A DNA stretch of 64,000 nucleotides, from positions 9,238,001 to 9,302,000 of the forward strand of contig NC_092680.1 in assembly GCF_964355755.1 (NCBI RefSeq). The letters are read 5' to 3'. The position numbers and the translations under genes were made by a program. How positions within the stretch are numbered: the first letter of the stretch is position 1; every line of letters starts with the position of its first letter. Shown here in pieces: positions 63,916-64,000 of this stretch. The DNA comes from Antedon mediterranea (taxonomy: Eukaryota; Animalia; Echinodermata). Under the pieces are notes generated by a model. The model worked only from the letters and a program-made list of their open reading frames with translations, was not told the DNA's origin and made no database searches.

Positions 63916-64000
63916 TTTAAATCAATAGATTAGCCTGGGAATTGACAGTAAGTTAAACATGCTGTTAGTGCACAAATTATTAATGAACATCTAACCTGTT

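Overview
AT-rich metazoan genomic DNA; the SINE and transposon content suggests an invertebrate (inference). Nearly the whole window is one minus-strand gene, a HERC1 orthologue (giant HECT E3 ligase: RLD1, SPRY, UBA, WD40, RLD2, HECT). I traced about 70 GT-AG coding exons by hand from the ATG at 63915 to the stop at 3819, roughly 4850 codons with consistent phases. The 13.5-kb intron 43049-56610 holds a nested insertion antisense to the gene. A complete DIRS1-type tyrosine-recombinase retrotransposon (43117-55843: ITRs, internal complementary region, gag, RT-RNaseH-methyltransferase, YR) sits in the end of a MITE. It is itself split at the RNaseH/methyltransferase linker by a young BEL/Pao LTR retrotransposon (46052-53817) with non-canonical junctions: no TSD, a clipped 5' LTR and no CA end on the shared repeat. 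The DIRS gag/pol overlap has a candidate -1 frameshift signal. Other introns hold a Helitron, MITEs, SINEs, Gypsy and LINE relics and minisatellites. All coordinates were read by eye and small errors are possible.
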